From positions 558,001-622,000 of the forward strand of contig OZ231126.1 in the NCBI GenBank assembly GCA_965153355.1: DNA of 64,000 bases. The letters are read 5' to 3'. The stretch comes from Flaccisagitta enflata (lineage: Eukaryota). The notes below the pieces were generated by a model. The model searched no databases. It saw nothing but the letters and a program-made list of their open reading frames with translations, and was not told the origin of the DNA. A program made the translations under genes and the position numbers. Every line of letters starts with the position of its first letter. Position 1 is the stretch's first letter. Positions 51,045 to 64,000 of the stretch are shown piece after piece.

Positions 51045-52800
51045 TGGCAGACCCACAGCCTGGCAAACTCATCTGCCAAGGAAATCGCTAGTTTATGGGG
51101 ATCATTGCCAGCAGAACCCTAGCAGACCCACATTATACTGACTTGGGGATCAGCTCCAGCAGACCCATGGATAATCTGGCAGACCCACTTAATAGATGGT
51201 GAAACATGCAATAGAATCCCCTTTATTAACTTGGGGATCATGGTTAGCAGACCCATGAACAGTCTGGCAGACCCACTTAATAGATGGTAGAACAGGCAGT
51301 AACCATGCCCCCCAAAAAAATGGCACACTCATCTTTAAATGCAAGCTGATTCGCTCTCTTTAGATTAAACTATAGAAAATCAGTGACCGTTAGAAAGATA
51401 TTTGAAAGTTCTTTAAAACTAGACCAAGCAGAATATTGTGAGTTTTTTTGTTTAAAATTGACAACTAAATGAAGTTGATTACTCTGCTTTTGCCTGAGTA
51501 GATCATTCGATTATCAAAATTTTCCTTGTTTTTCTATGTATCAGTGAAAATACTTAAACAAATAAAAAAAGATTCATGAGGAAAAAAAAAATTAGAAAAT
51601 TCTCTTCAAAATGGCGCCAAGCAGAAATTTTTAACTTGATTCGTTTAGAAGTTATGATTAAATGAAAATGAAAGGTACAGTTCAAAGTGATATGTGAAAA
51701 CGCTATTTCTGGCAGTAAGCAAAATTGACCTTTTTTCTTCATATCATTGTAATTTCTAAAGTTTTAGAGCTACAACATTCTGAGACCACTCAAATGAAAG
51801 ATTTTTTGAAGCTCTTTAAAATGCGCACTGATTTTTCTTAGTTTCACTTATTATGAACCAACCGAGAGGCGTGAAAAAGATGTGCCATTTTTTTTTTGGG
51901 CATGGTTAGAGTCCTTTCTACTAACTCTGGGACCAGGGCTAGTAGACCCATGAAAAATTTGGCAGACCCACTTAATAGATGGTAATACATGCAGCAGAAC
52001 TCCTTCTACTTACTTGGGGATCATGGCTAGCAGACCCATAAAAAATCTGGCAGACCCACTTAATAGATAAGAATACATGCAGCAGAACTCTTTCTACTAA
52101 CTTGGGGATCATGGCTAGCAGACCCATGAACAATCTGGCAGACCCATTGAATAGATGAGAAAATATGCAGCAGAACTCTCTCTACTAACTTGGGGATCAT
52201 GGCTAGCAGACCCATGGAAAATCTGGCAGACCCACTTGTACTAACTTGGGGATCATGGCTAGCAGACCCATGAAAAATCTGGCAGACCCACGTAATAGAT
52301 GAGAGTACATGCAGCAGAACTCTTTCTACTAACTAGGGGATCATGGCTAGCAGACCCATGAACAATCTGGCAGACCCACTTAATAGATGTTGAAACATGC
52401 AGTAGAATCCCCTTTATCAACTTGGGGATAATGGCTAGCAGACCCATGAAAAATGTGGCAGACCTACTCAATAGATGGTAGAACAGGCAGTAGAGTCCTT
52501 TCTACTAACTCAGGGACCAGGGCTAGCAGACCCATGAAAAATTTGGCATACCCACTTAATAGATGGTAATACATGCAGCAGAACTCCTTCTACTTACTTG
52601 GGGATCATGGCTAGCAGACCCATGAAAAATCGGTCAGACCCACTTAATAGATGGTAGAACAGGCAGTAGAGTCCTTTCTACTAACTTTGGGATCAGGGCT
52701 AGCAGACCCATGAAAAATCTGGCAGACCCACTTGATAGATGGTAATACATGCAGCAGAACTCTTTCTTCTAACTTGGGGATCATGGCTAGCAGACCCAGT
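51045..52800. repeat. 88-bp minisatellite
   Basis: Recurrent ggcagacccacttaatagat, e.g. 51961 and 52049. Confidence 0.9.
51302..51906. mobile_element. MITE inserted into the 88-bp minisatellite
   Basis: TIR ACCATGCCC..AAAAAAATGGCACA, TA TSD; removal restores the unit sequence ggcagTAgagtcc. Confidence 0.8.
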
Positions 52801-53253
52801 CTTAAGGCCCAAATCCCTCGAGATGGGATTTTAGCCTTAAGATGTGATTTGGGCCTTGAGGTTGGGAATTGGGCCTCAAGACTGGGATTTGGGCCATGAG
52901 GCTGGGATATGGGGCTCAAGGCTGATATATGGGCCTGGAGGTTGGGGGGGGGGGGGATGTAGAAGGAGAAGGAGAAGAAGAAAGAGAAAATTCCCCTGTG
53001 TGAAAGCATACGTCATCGAACCCTTCGGGACCAACCGACCAACCAACCAACCAACCAACCGACCGACCGACCGACGGTGTAGAGTCGCGTAGCACGCGAC
53101 GAAAAATCGCAAATCTGACTGATATTTTTTGGGAGGAGTATCAAAAAGTATTTTTCGTGTAGTGCGTGCAATTTTTGGCGCATAGGGTGATCGATGTTGG
53201 ATAATACAAAGTCCTATAAGTGCGAGAAAAAATTCAGTTCTTGACAAATAACT

Positions 53254-54339
53254 ACAGGTTTTTTTCACGCTATCACGCTGATTACAAAACAACGTTTCTC
53301 AGCTTCTAGTGATGATAACTGAATTCTGAAAAAACATATGGATAGCTCATGAGCTCCGATTATATGTGCTGACTTTGTCTATGGTAAATTGCCGAGATGT
53401 TCACCTGTCAGACACTTTTACAAAAAACTCGATTTTTTGGTTACCACTTCAGAAAAATGAAATTTTCTGTTCTGAAAATGGAGCATCAGCTTTGATGGTG
53501 CGCTGCTTTTTACCCCATGGAGCCAGGGACCACAAATTGGTCCCACTTCAAAGGGTTGTCTTAACTCTTCAAAATGCGACCAATCCCGGGCCTGTGGCTC
53601 AATTCGTTTAGAAGCTATGCTCCTTCAAAGTTATTGGTGCTTGTCAGTGAAAGTGGGCCCCGTGAGGTTATGGACGAGTGCCATTCAACAATTTACTTAC
53701 TCGATCTGGCAAAGCCAAAGATGCCATCAAAATTACAATAGGGTACCAACTGTAGGTTTTACCAACCAATAGGCTAACCAATGGTTTTACCAACCAATAG
53801 GCTAACCAATGGTTTTACCAACCAATAGGCTAACCAACAAGCTTACTCATGGAACAAAGAAAGACCAACAGGAGCAAGTACGTAGACAACATCTTTGAGC
53901 TTTTCCATTTCAAAGGAGGAATGTCACGTAATTACACGTGTGTTTTTTCAGCTCAATCATTCTACAAACAGTAATTGATACATACTTATTTGGAATCTTT
54001 AACTAAAGCCTCATGATAGCGTGAAACGATATTATCCTTGAAATTGTGGCTTATTGGCTGTAAGCCAAATTTTGAGAATTTATTCACTAACCTATGGTTA
54101 ACTACTTTAATAGCATGAAGCTATATTTTCCTTGAAATTGTGGCTGATTGGCTGTAAGCCAAATTTTGAGAATTAAGTCACTAACCTATGGTTAACTACT
54201 TTGAATGGCACCATCACAGTTTAAGATAATAAAATTGGGGCTCAAGGGCTGTTAAGATCACTTTTCAGAAATGAATTATCATGTTTAGGAGCTGAGAAAC
54301 GTCGTTTTGTAATCGGCGTATTGGCGTCAAAAACCCTGT
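53254..54339. mobile_element. Tc1/mariner-like MITE
   Basis: tacagg...gattacaaaacaacgtttctcagct pairs with agctgagaaacgtcgttttgtaatc...ccctgta. Confidence 0.7.
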
Positions 54340-55639
54340 AGCAGTCACCATCTTAGGACGACCCAAGGACAGTAGTAGCCTTGACCACGTCTTTTGATAT
54401 TCCAAATTCATGAATGAAAGCTCCTAAGTTCATTCGGAGAAGTTTTAGGAATTTTGACAGCAATTATTACGCTAAACTAATCCTTGTTCGCCTCAATGTT
54501 CGACAGGTGTTAATTACCAGATTGGTCCTTGTTTAAAGAGTTACTAAAACTTTTTTAATGCGACCAAACTGGGATCAAAAGCTCAATTTATTTAGGAGTA
54601 GCTTTCTTTAACAAGGCCGGATACACGGCAATCCAGTCGCGGACAGTTGGGCAGGAGCAGCACTGCAAAAAACGCTCAAAATTCAGAAATGTGACGGACG
54701 GACGGACGGACGGACAGACAGACGGACGGACGGACCAACACGGTAAGGTGTAGAGTCGCGGTCCGCGACTAAAAATTGGTGCTCATTTTCTGGTGAAGAT
54801 ATACTTTTTTCCTAGATAGTAACACCTGTTTTAGGATTATTGTCCAATCAAAAAAATCAAATCATCCAAGGATCGCACATGGTCAGTGGTACCCGATGCC
54901 CTGCTTGGATTTGAGGGCTAGAGGGCATATTTCAGAGCTGGAGGGCAGATTTGAGGCCTGTAGGGCAGATTTAAGGTTTGGAGGGCTTACATGAAATCTG
55001 GAGGGCAAGTTTGGAGTCTGGAGGGCAGGCTTGAGACCTGGAGGGCAGATTTGAGGAATGAAGGGCTGATTTGCGGCCTGGAGGGCCTAAATGAGACCCA
55101 AAAGGGCTAACTTGAGGGCTTGGAAGGGAAAAAATCAGGCGTCAATGGGGGGGGGGGATGAAGGGAAGCACATCAACCCTTTAGGGCCGCTGCCCAGATA
55201 GCATAAAAGGCATGAAAAGCATACTTACCTTGGCATCATAAAAAAAGACGCACTTCTAAATGGCTCATTTAGCCATAAAGGTTCAGAGAAACTAATAAAA
55301 ATCTTAGACCATTTTAAAGCCCTTCGAAAGTACTTTCATTTGGCGCCAATCTGGTATTTCTATCTTTTTTCGTTTAGAAATGGCATTAGTTTGAGTAAAA
55401 ATGTTGCCTGTTTCAGTTTCGCAATCCCTATGTAAAATGTGCATTTCAGCAAAATAGTGCTTCTCTTTGCAGAGCTCTAGCTCCTAAACCGTTTGAGACA
55501 CAGACCTGGGGTTGGTCTAGAATGAAAGATTTTTTGAAAATCTTCAAAAATGACTTAAGTGAAAATAGTTAAAATTATTTTTTTAATCTCTTTTAGTCAT
55601 AAATCAAGGGGTGCGTCTTTTTTTTTGATACGCGTGGTA

Positions 55640-56611
55640 ACCTTGGCATCATAAAAAATGGCGGATTTTTAAAACCTTTTTTAACCAACTTACTTTGAAA
55701 GAAACTAAGGAAAATCGGTGATGGTTAGAAAGATCTTTGAAAGATCTTTCATTTGAGTCGTGTCGCGACATTGTAGCTCAAATGGTTTAGAAGCCACAGT
55801 AATTTGAAAAACACTACACTTTTTTTGCCCTTACGGTGAATAAGCAATCATAACATGAAAACAATCTCTTAAAAACCATACTAAATTTTATCCGATTGAG
55901 ACAAAAATTGACATGGAGGTACAACATACTTTCCTCTAACAGCTCCTAAAATTTCATCTAAATCGGACAACTTTTACTATCATTTTCACCATGCAAAAGA
56001 ATTTAATGTTGGTCTGCAAAACTGTGGTTTGAAGGAATTAGTGAAAAGGATTCATTAAGTGTTTTGTTTATGAAGATATTGTTGAAAAAAGAAAAATCAA
56101 AGATTCTCGTTGGGCCCTTTCAATGATCTATATTTTCGGCCCTCTTTCAAAGGAGTAATCTGAGTATCAGCTCAAACCGTTGAGAAATAAATGTAAGTTT
56201 TTTTAAAAATTACATCTTTTTTCAGGAATTTTGACAAGACATAATAAAGGATCATGCAAAAACCATAGAAAACAATTTCCGATTCTCACAAAATTTGAAC
56301 CGGTACCAAAAGACACACAAGTTAGACATCATCTAAAATTTCAAGGCGATCGGACAAAGTCTTCTATCATTTTAGTAGCAATGAAATTATTAGCAAACTG
56401 CTTTTTATGATACACCGTAAGGGGGAAAAAAGTATAGTGTTTTTCAAATTACTGTAGCTTCTAAACCGTTTGAGCAACAATGTCGGTACACGACCCAAAT
56501 GAAAGATCTTTTGAAGATCTTTCCAACCATCACCGATTTTCCTTAGTTTCTTTCAAATAAAGTTGGTTAAAAAAGGTTTTAAAAATCCGCCATTTTTTAT
56601 GATGCCAAGGT
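55640..56611. mobile_element. Long-TIR MITE, TA TSD
   Basis: TIR ACCTTGGCATCATAAAAAATGGCGGATTTT extending about 200 bp; a related element abuts it at about 55227-55638, with another copy at about 58653-59227. Confidence 0.82.
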
Positions 56612-56642
56612 TATAGTCGACCTTTAGGGATGAAACCATTAG

Positions 56643-57992
56643 AGAGTCTTCAATTGCGACTGACTTATTCTAAATTGATGGTGTGCCTCTCATAGTCAAC
56701 ATTATGATTTTTTCTTTTTTTCCTCTTATTGTATATTGTATGACGTTTTTTGTATCACAGTTTCAAGGTTTTTTGTCAAACCGTTTGCCTGTAACAAAAA
56801 TTTCAAGTAGTCAGTGTATTCATGGTTGTAACTGAGAAAAATCATATTTTTCATGACATCTTTTTTTCAATAGCCTTCATCTCTAAATGGTTTCAGCAAC
56901 AGAAGTTCAATTGGTCCAAAATGAAAGATAATTTCATGATGCTATTGGTGACATGTCAGTCTGTCAATGACTTGGTAAGACCGTCCACATTTCCTTATGT
57001 AGGATCATCTGACCACTGCTTATCCAGCCATTCTATGAACTCTTTTGGAACTGTCAAGACATTGCTGCCCCAATGAGTAATAAACCCCTTGTGCCACTGC
57101 TCCTGCTCTCTTGCACTCATATGAGACTGGGAATGAGTCTGGGGGTGATGTGTCTATGCCATGTCCAAACTACTTGAGATGGAACAATGTGTTGATATCT
57201 TGATTCCATGTGATGACCTTGAAATCGATTTCTGACAAAATGTTTTCCATACAAACAATTTTCTTTATAGTTTGTATATGATAATTCTAGCAATCTACAT
57301 TTGATTTTTTACCTCTTAAAAGTAGATTAAACCATGTTTGATTTGAGACCAATGAGTCATCTCTAGCTCTAGCTAATCAAAATGAGAGCAATATGGAAAA
57401 AATGTCGAAACAAAAAACGATTTTTTCAAGTCACAACCATCGGTACCTGATCTACCTAAAATCATGATAACAGACAAAATATTTTACAAAAACCCTTGAA
57501 ATTTTGATACAAAAAACGTCAAACAATATGCTATAGGAGGAAACAAGGCCAACACCTATAAGTCGCGTGCGGGACATAGATAACTTAAGATGACTTTTAT
57601 TGACTCAAGATGACTTAAAATGACTAAAGACGACTTTGAATAACTTACAAAGACAAAAATGACTGAAATAACTACTTTGACCTATTTGACTTGAGTGACC
57701 TAAAATAACTTAGAATGACTTAGAATGACTTAGAATGACTTAAAATGACTTAGAATGACTTAGAATGACTTAGAATGACTTAGATTGACTAAAGATAACT
57801 CAAAGTATAATAAAAAAGTAAGGTGTGACGGACGGACCGATGGACGGACGGATAAAGGGTCGGACCGACGGACGGACCGACAAAGCGGGTTGTAGAGTGG
57901 CGTGCACGCGACTAAAAAAGAGGAAATCATAATATTGACTATGAGAGGCACACCGTCAATTTAGAATAAGTCAGTTACAATTGCAGACCCTG
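56643..57992. mobile_element. Long-TIR element with a nested DINE-like copy
   Basis: caattgcgactgacttattctaaattgatggtgtgcctctcatagtcaa pairs with about 57936-57983. Confidence 0.7.
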
Positions 57993-58058
57993 TACTTGTG
58001 ATGGGTCAAAGGTATTTGCTAACTCAGGTTAAAATTTCATCTTACCACTACCTAGGAA

Positions 58059-58194
58059 TAGGGATGTGGAAGCGGTCGATTTTAGTGCCGCTTCCACCGC
58101 TTCCGCTTCCGCTTCCGCTTCCATTTTGCAGTTCAAATACTAGTAGCTATCCCATCCTCCAAAATGGAAGCGGTCAATCGCTTCCACATCCCTA
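58059..58194. mobile_element. Small hAT-like MITE (136 bp)
   Basis: TIR TAGGGATGTGGAAGCG, perfect 8-bp TSD cctaggaa. Confidence 0.88.
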
Positions 58195-60635
58195 CCTAGG
58201 AAGTTAGTAAATCTAAACCTGGACAAGAATCATCAGCTTTGGAAGAATACTGCTCGTTACCAGCCTGAATTTTAGTTGCAAGGGTCGAGTCATCATCGAT
58301 AAAAAATGCTGTATTTTGCACGTGACATTATTTGCCGTTAAAATCTTAAAACGAGACATCATTTCGTTGTCATTACGGTTTTTTCAGCTGCGCCTAGATC
58401 GATATTTCACAGACGAGGATATGTTCACGCTTTTGTCTGTGAAGAGTTCATTTCCAGTCCTAATTGGTGAAAAATCTGAACGCGTTTTACCTTGATTCAG
58501 CGATTGTCACTGTCTTACTAGCTTTAGGGCTGCAATAGAGCAAACCAAGCCAGTCATGAAGACTGTGAGCCAAGCGCTTTCAAAGTAAGCATAACTATAG
58601 GCGAGGTTTGGGATTGTAAGACAGGTGACCAGAGCAAGCAACAGAAAGGTATAACACGCGTATCAATAAAAAAGACGCACTTTTGAATGGCTTATTGTGG
58701 CAACAAGTTTCAATAAAACTTGATTAAATTCTAGACCATTGGAAAGCTGTTTAAAAACACTTTCATTAGGTTTCAATCTGGGATTTCTAGCTTTTTTCAT
58801 TTGGAAATGGCATTAGTTTGAATGAAAACTTTGTTTTTTTTATTTTCACAAACCCTATGTAAAAAGTGCATTTTAGCAAAATAGAGCTTCTCTTTGGAAG
58901 GCTCTAACTACTAAACCGTTTGAGATACAGACCTGGGAATGGTCTAGGTTGAAAGATTTTTTTGAAAATCTTTAAGAATGTTTCAATTTAAAAAAATTAT
59001 AATCATTTTTTGTATCTGTTTTATCAATAAAAAGAAAGGTGCGTCTTTTTCAGTCGCGGACACGCGACTCTACACCTTGCCGTGTCGGTCGGTCCGTCCG
59101 TCGGTCCGTCCGTCGGCCCGTCGGTCACATTTCTGAATTCTGAGCGGTTTTTGCGGTGCTGCCCCCGCCCAACCGTCCGCGACTGGATTGCCGTGTATCC
59201 GGCCTTGTTTTTTTTATACGCGTGGTAGTGAAACAAACCGCTGTAAGAAACATGAGATAAATGAGCAGCAAGCAAGATGAGCTACTTAAGCAAGCAATGT
59301 AAGCACGTTGCATGCATTCAGAGGAGTAACCGACCAACAATCCTACGTCTGGATGGCCGGACCAATGAACCGACTGACAGACGCTGAACCCCTCAGAGGA
59401 CCCTCCAGAGATGCAATGGTGAATGTGAAAAAAAAAAAATAGCAAGTTAACCAATGGATGGACTGATGGACAGACCGGGCCTGGCGTAGAGGTGTTTTGT
59501 CATAACTGACGGCCAGAGACCCCCACAAATCGTTGATAGGGCACGACAGTCCGTGTAAATCGACGAAAGCACTGATAGGACTTTTTTCCATGACTTCCAA
59601 ACCTTTGAAAAAATAATCTGTCGGTGTATCTTCGTGACGATGCCTCGCGATAAAATCATCTATTTTAGGGGATAAAGTAAGATTTGAAGTAGCTTTTTTA
59701 GTCGCGTGCACGCGACTCTATAACTCGCTCTGTCCGTCGGTCGGTTGGTCCATCAAGCATAGCTTTTTTTTTTGTCATTTTACATCATTTTTCGTCATTT
59801 AAGTCATTTTAAGTTATTTCAAGACAATATATATTTAGTCTTTTAGTCTTTTGCTCTTATGGTCTAAACAACCGCACGTGACTGTAAGGAGTTGGCCTTA
59901 TTATAGTCTTATTTGATCGTTAAAACGTAGAAGAGAAACAAAAAAAACCAAAACTTATGGCTCATTCTCATACATGTACGAATAAGTCTATTCATAATTC
60001 CTGCCTTTTCTTTTTAAAAATTGTTATGACAAGATTTTTTTTTCAATTTCTCGTGTATGTAAAAGCAAACAAGCCGAATAGAGTTGAGTTCCAAAAGGTC
60101 TCGGCAATTAAAACTAACTGATTGATGATAATTAAGAATCTTGAATTGGCTGATCATCTGAGCGCCATAAACCTCAGTAATACTGGTTCAAAGATAAACT
60201 AAATCGGATATCACGGGCTGAAGCTGCAATGATATGTCAATGTCCAATCTCACTCTGAGACAAAATTGCATCTTCCTGTGTAGCTCAGCAATGAAACTTT
60301 ATCAGTGGTAAGACTTACCACTGATCAAGTTTCTACAATTTTTGTCCATTTTTGAGCGGAGCATCCCGGACGTTCGAACGGACAGACGGATGGAAATACA
60401 GCTTCTCAAAGACAGACGCGACGTGCATACTACTGTTTATTATCGAGCGACATAAACTGGGCGTGCGTGATTGTTTTTAAAATGTTATTACTCGTTTCTA
60501 CGCGATTCACTTTTATCGTAAACAAGTTGTTATTTTACTCACTAGATCATTCACTCGTTGTGTACATCTTACAAATCATTTAAACAACCAGGCTTGATGT
60601 GGCGCGGCATGAGTTGTTGTGTACAAGGTCTTCCA

Positions 60636-61223
60636 CCTGGTCATCCACCTGAGTTGTCGGATTCTGTTAAGCTTCTACTCATAAATGGTGGTAGTTATGT
60701 ATTTGAAATTGATCTGGTCTTAAAGAGTATACATAGACGTTTTTTTTGTATAAAAAATTCAACCATTTTGGTCTAATAGTTTGTCCATAGGGTGAATTTG
60801 AAGTAAAAGCTGAAGTTCTCTAATTGGACGCATTTGTCATTGAAATCAAGAATCCTGATTGCCTTCCTTTCTGGTATTTCTGGTCATGAATTAAAGATAA
60901 ATTGAAACAAAAATATTCATTTTGTTTTGATCATCAATTATTCAAGGCCTATCTAGATTGATGGCTCAGATCATTCAAAAAAAAAAATGAAATGTTAACA
61001 AGGAATAGTTTTGAATTTGATGGAAAATCTGCTCGGTGGGGAAACATAAGGTTTTACTTCAAATCAATGTAAAAGGCAAACTACTTGACAAAAATGGATG
61101 AAATTTTTAAAGAAAAAATGTCAAAGTATACTCTTTAAGACTAGATCAATTTCAAATACATAATTGCTACCATCAAGGAGCAAAAGCTTAACAGAATCCG
61201 ACAACTCAGGTGGATGACCCGGT
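60636..61223. mobile_element. Long-TIR MITE
   Basis: ggtcatccacctgagttgtcggattctgttaagctt pairs with aagcttaacagaatccgacaactcaggtggatgacc; arms about 95 bp. Confidence 0.8.
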
Positions 61224-61274
61224 ATTTAATTTTGCCGTTTGAATTCAAGCTGGATAACAGTTCTAGATTAAAGG

Positions 61275-61606
61275 ATGAGCTTCGTTCCTGTGTGTGCCAG
61301 CCGTAGAGGTACCACCATGGGCACTGCACGTCATGGCACGGCCGCGGGGACCGTGCGTGATGGCATGGCTGCGGGCACCGTCCGTGATGACACGGCTGCG
61401 GGCACCGTGCGTGATGGCGTGGCCGCGGGCACCGTGCGTGATGGCGTGGCCGCAGGCACCGTCCGTGATGACACGGCTGCGGGCGCCGTTAAGAAACTCT
61501 CTTTAGGCACCCAAAGCGTGAAACTGGCGATGATTTTGATTTTATATCTCATTTTTGCCACGGGGCCTATTTGCTTGGGAGCAGCAATTGGAGAATCACA
61601 GACGAG
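61275..61606 (+). CDS. Candidate first coding exon of a secreted or membrane protein
   Basis: Open frame with 9-aa repeats followed by MILILYLIFATGPICLGAAIGESQT and a consensus donor AG|gtaagc; no downstream exon identified. Confidence 0.45.
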
Positions 61607-61679
61607 GTAAGCACATTTTACTGAGTAGAGTTATACATTTTAAACAAGGTAGAGAAGGCAAACGCCTGCACCTGACAAG

Positions 61680-61950
<271 letters not shown>

Positions 61951-62482
61951 ACGCCATGGCGAAGATGACGATGAATGGCATTTGATCGGGGGGGGGGGGT
62001 CGTAAAATATACGCGTGACTGTTTTGACAATCAACCAACCGATCAATCAACCAACCGAGCTTTCAACCAACCAGCCGATCAATAAACCAACCGATCAACC
62101 AACCGACCAACCGACCAATCAACCAACCAATCAACCAACCAACTATCCAACCAACCGATCAGTAAAACAACCGACCAACCAACCAACCGACCAATCAACC
62201 AATCAACCAACCGACCAACCAAACGATGAATCAACCAACTGACTGGTTGGATACTCCCTGTAACTGTATGGTAACTGATTTGTAGCTATGAACCAGTTAC
62301 AACATAGGTGAATGATTACTTTCCAGATAATAAGCAACCATTTTACCATTAAGCCATACAACGATTTATATATTTTGGCTGTTAAAGTAAATCACAATTA
62401 ATCTATACCTGAAAACATTTGTTTTCTTTCTAAAGTCAAAATCTTGAATTCTGCCTGTTCTGGTGTTGGATGACTCACACAG

Positions 62483-62552
<70 letters not shown>

Positions 62553-63224
62553 GATCAAGCCAAACCAGATCTTTCAACAAAAGATGTTAGGTCGATTTCT
62601 TTGTCAAAAAAATGATCACAATAAAGCAAAAACATTCAACTCAGGAAATTTGATTTATAATTTAACTCCAACGTGCAAATATCATACCAGAAGATGCACA
62701 AGTTTTTAGCATCGCGGCCCAGTTGTGGTTGACCAAATGATCTGATTACTTGAATCTCATTATCGTATTAAACGGATGGTAAAACATGGGTCTCTGCTGC
62801 TCAATTCAGCCAGCGTAAGTTTTAGAATTGTTATTTTTTAAAACCGTTTAGACACATTTTTACGCGCGATGTAATCTTCGCGGTTAGTCATAAAAATCAT
62901 TTTGATACAATCCCGCATAATTGTTTTCTGACTGTTCCTTAACCGCACTTTTTTTCTCCAACTGGTTTTCAAAGTTTCAAACATTTAGTTCGTCATGCTT
63001 GGCGTCAGTTGAATCATGATGATTAACAAAATTGCTCTAGTTCATAAATCTAAGCCGTCAGGAAAAAAAATTCAAAATGTTTTTAGTGGTTTTCTGCTTC
63101 ACTTTCATTGTTGTTGTCATTGTGACTGTGGTTGTTAAAAACCGGATCAGGTTTGTATAAAATTAAGTTTGTTTTTTTGCTCGACCTTTGGTCCCCTGTT
63201 GGCTCGTATCCCAAAAAACTACCA

Positions 63225-63485
63225 TCAGCTCAAAAGCAGCCCCTTATTTTTCCTAATCAGCAGCCTTTTTCCTAATCAGCAGCCCTTTGTTTTTCCTAAT
63301 CAGCTCAAAAGCAGCCCCTTATTTTTCCTAATCAGCAGCCTTTTTCCTAATCAGCAGCCTTTTATTTTTCCTAATCAGCTCAAAAGCAGCCCCTTATTTT
63401 TCCTAATCAGCAGCCTTTTTCCTCATCAGCAGCCCCTTATTTTTCCTAATCAGCTCAAAAGCAGCCTCTTATTTTTCCAAATCAG
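63225..63485. repeat. Minisatellite, about 75-bp unit of cctaatcagcagcc subunits
   Basis: Direct reading; peptide repeat period of 25 aa in the ORF track. Confidence 0.85.
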
Positions 63486-64000
63486 TTCAGTTATCTTTAT
63501 ATCCTGAAGCTTAAGAAAAACACGATATGATTTTGAATATGTTTTTTTTCACAGTTGGCTTTTTTTGACATACACTTTTTATTTTTCATAAGCACGTCAT
63601 TATTGTTCTGAAGCCTTCAAAAGAGATAGAGATAGCTACTACAGGGTGTTCAATCTCAAAGTCGGGAAAGTAAAAAGCTTACATTTCTTAACGCTAAAGT
63701 CAGTGATTCAAGATTTCTTCATTTTATTATGTTAGATGTTTTAATGTAAACTTTTAAATTTAGTCTAAGCTTAAATAGTTTGTCCCACAACATCAATTTG
63801 AAGTAAAACAAGTATTAACAGTTGAAGCTCAAAAACTCATATCTTTATCAACATTGTTTTTCAATATTCTGCCTTAAATTTTCAAACGGCTTGATAATCG
63901 GGGCCATATTGGTCTCAGATGTAAACATCTTCAAATTATACTTAATTTGAGACCAATCTGACATTTCTACTTCAATTAGTTTAGAAATTAGCAATTTTAA

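Noticed and set aside
51045-52800. CRISPR-like or coding repeat
   Set aside because: Whole 88-bp units are repeated with no unique spacers and no sustained ORF.

Overview
Repeat-rich, intron-containing animal (probably invertebrate) genomic DNA with no prokaryotic features; most ORF-track entries are microsatellite or repeat artefacts. Manual exon assembly supports five gene or gene-like units. (1) A minus-strand DNase I family gene: 7 in-phase GT-AG exons from 9615 down to 196, with the last exon beyond the window start and the first coding exon not found. It has a 94-aa insertion in the DDG...DTF loop. (2) A plus-strand AEBP2/jing (PRC2 cofactor) gene, CDS 19178-32907 in 9 coding exons, with an apparent frameshift inside a coding (CAA)n tract. 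(3) A plus-strand three-exon orphan ORF (35856-43842) resembling a tyrosine-motif signalling tail. (4) A fibrinogen C-terminal domain exon (about 48318-49065) cleanly interrupted by a Harbinger-like MITE. (5) A probable first coding exon with a hydrophobic segment at 61275-61606. The rest is non-autonomous DNA elements (DINE-1/Helentron-like repeats, hAT-, Tc1/mariner- and Harbinger-like MITEs, and a 3.8-kb nested long-TIR element), a decayed LINE RT fragment, minisatellites and very long microsatellites. All coordinates and translations were derived by hand; family assignments rest on recalled motifs, not database searches.
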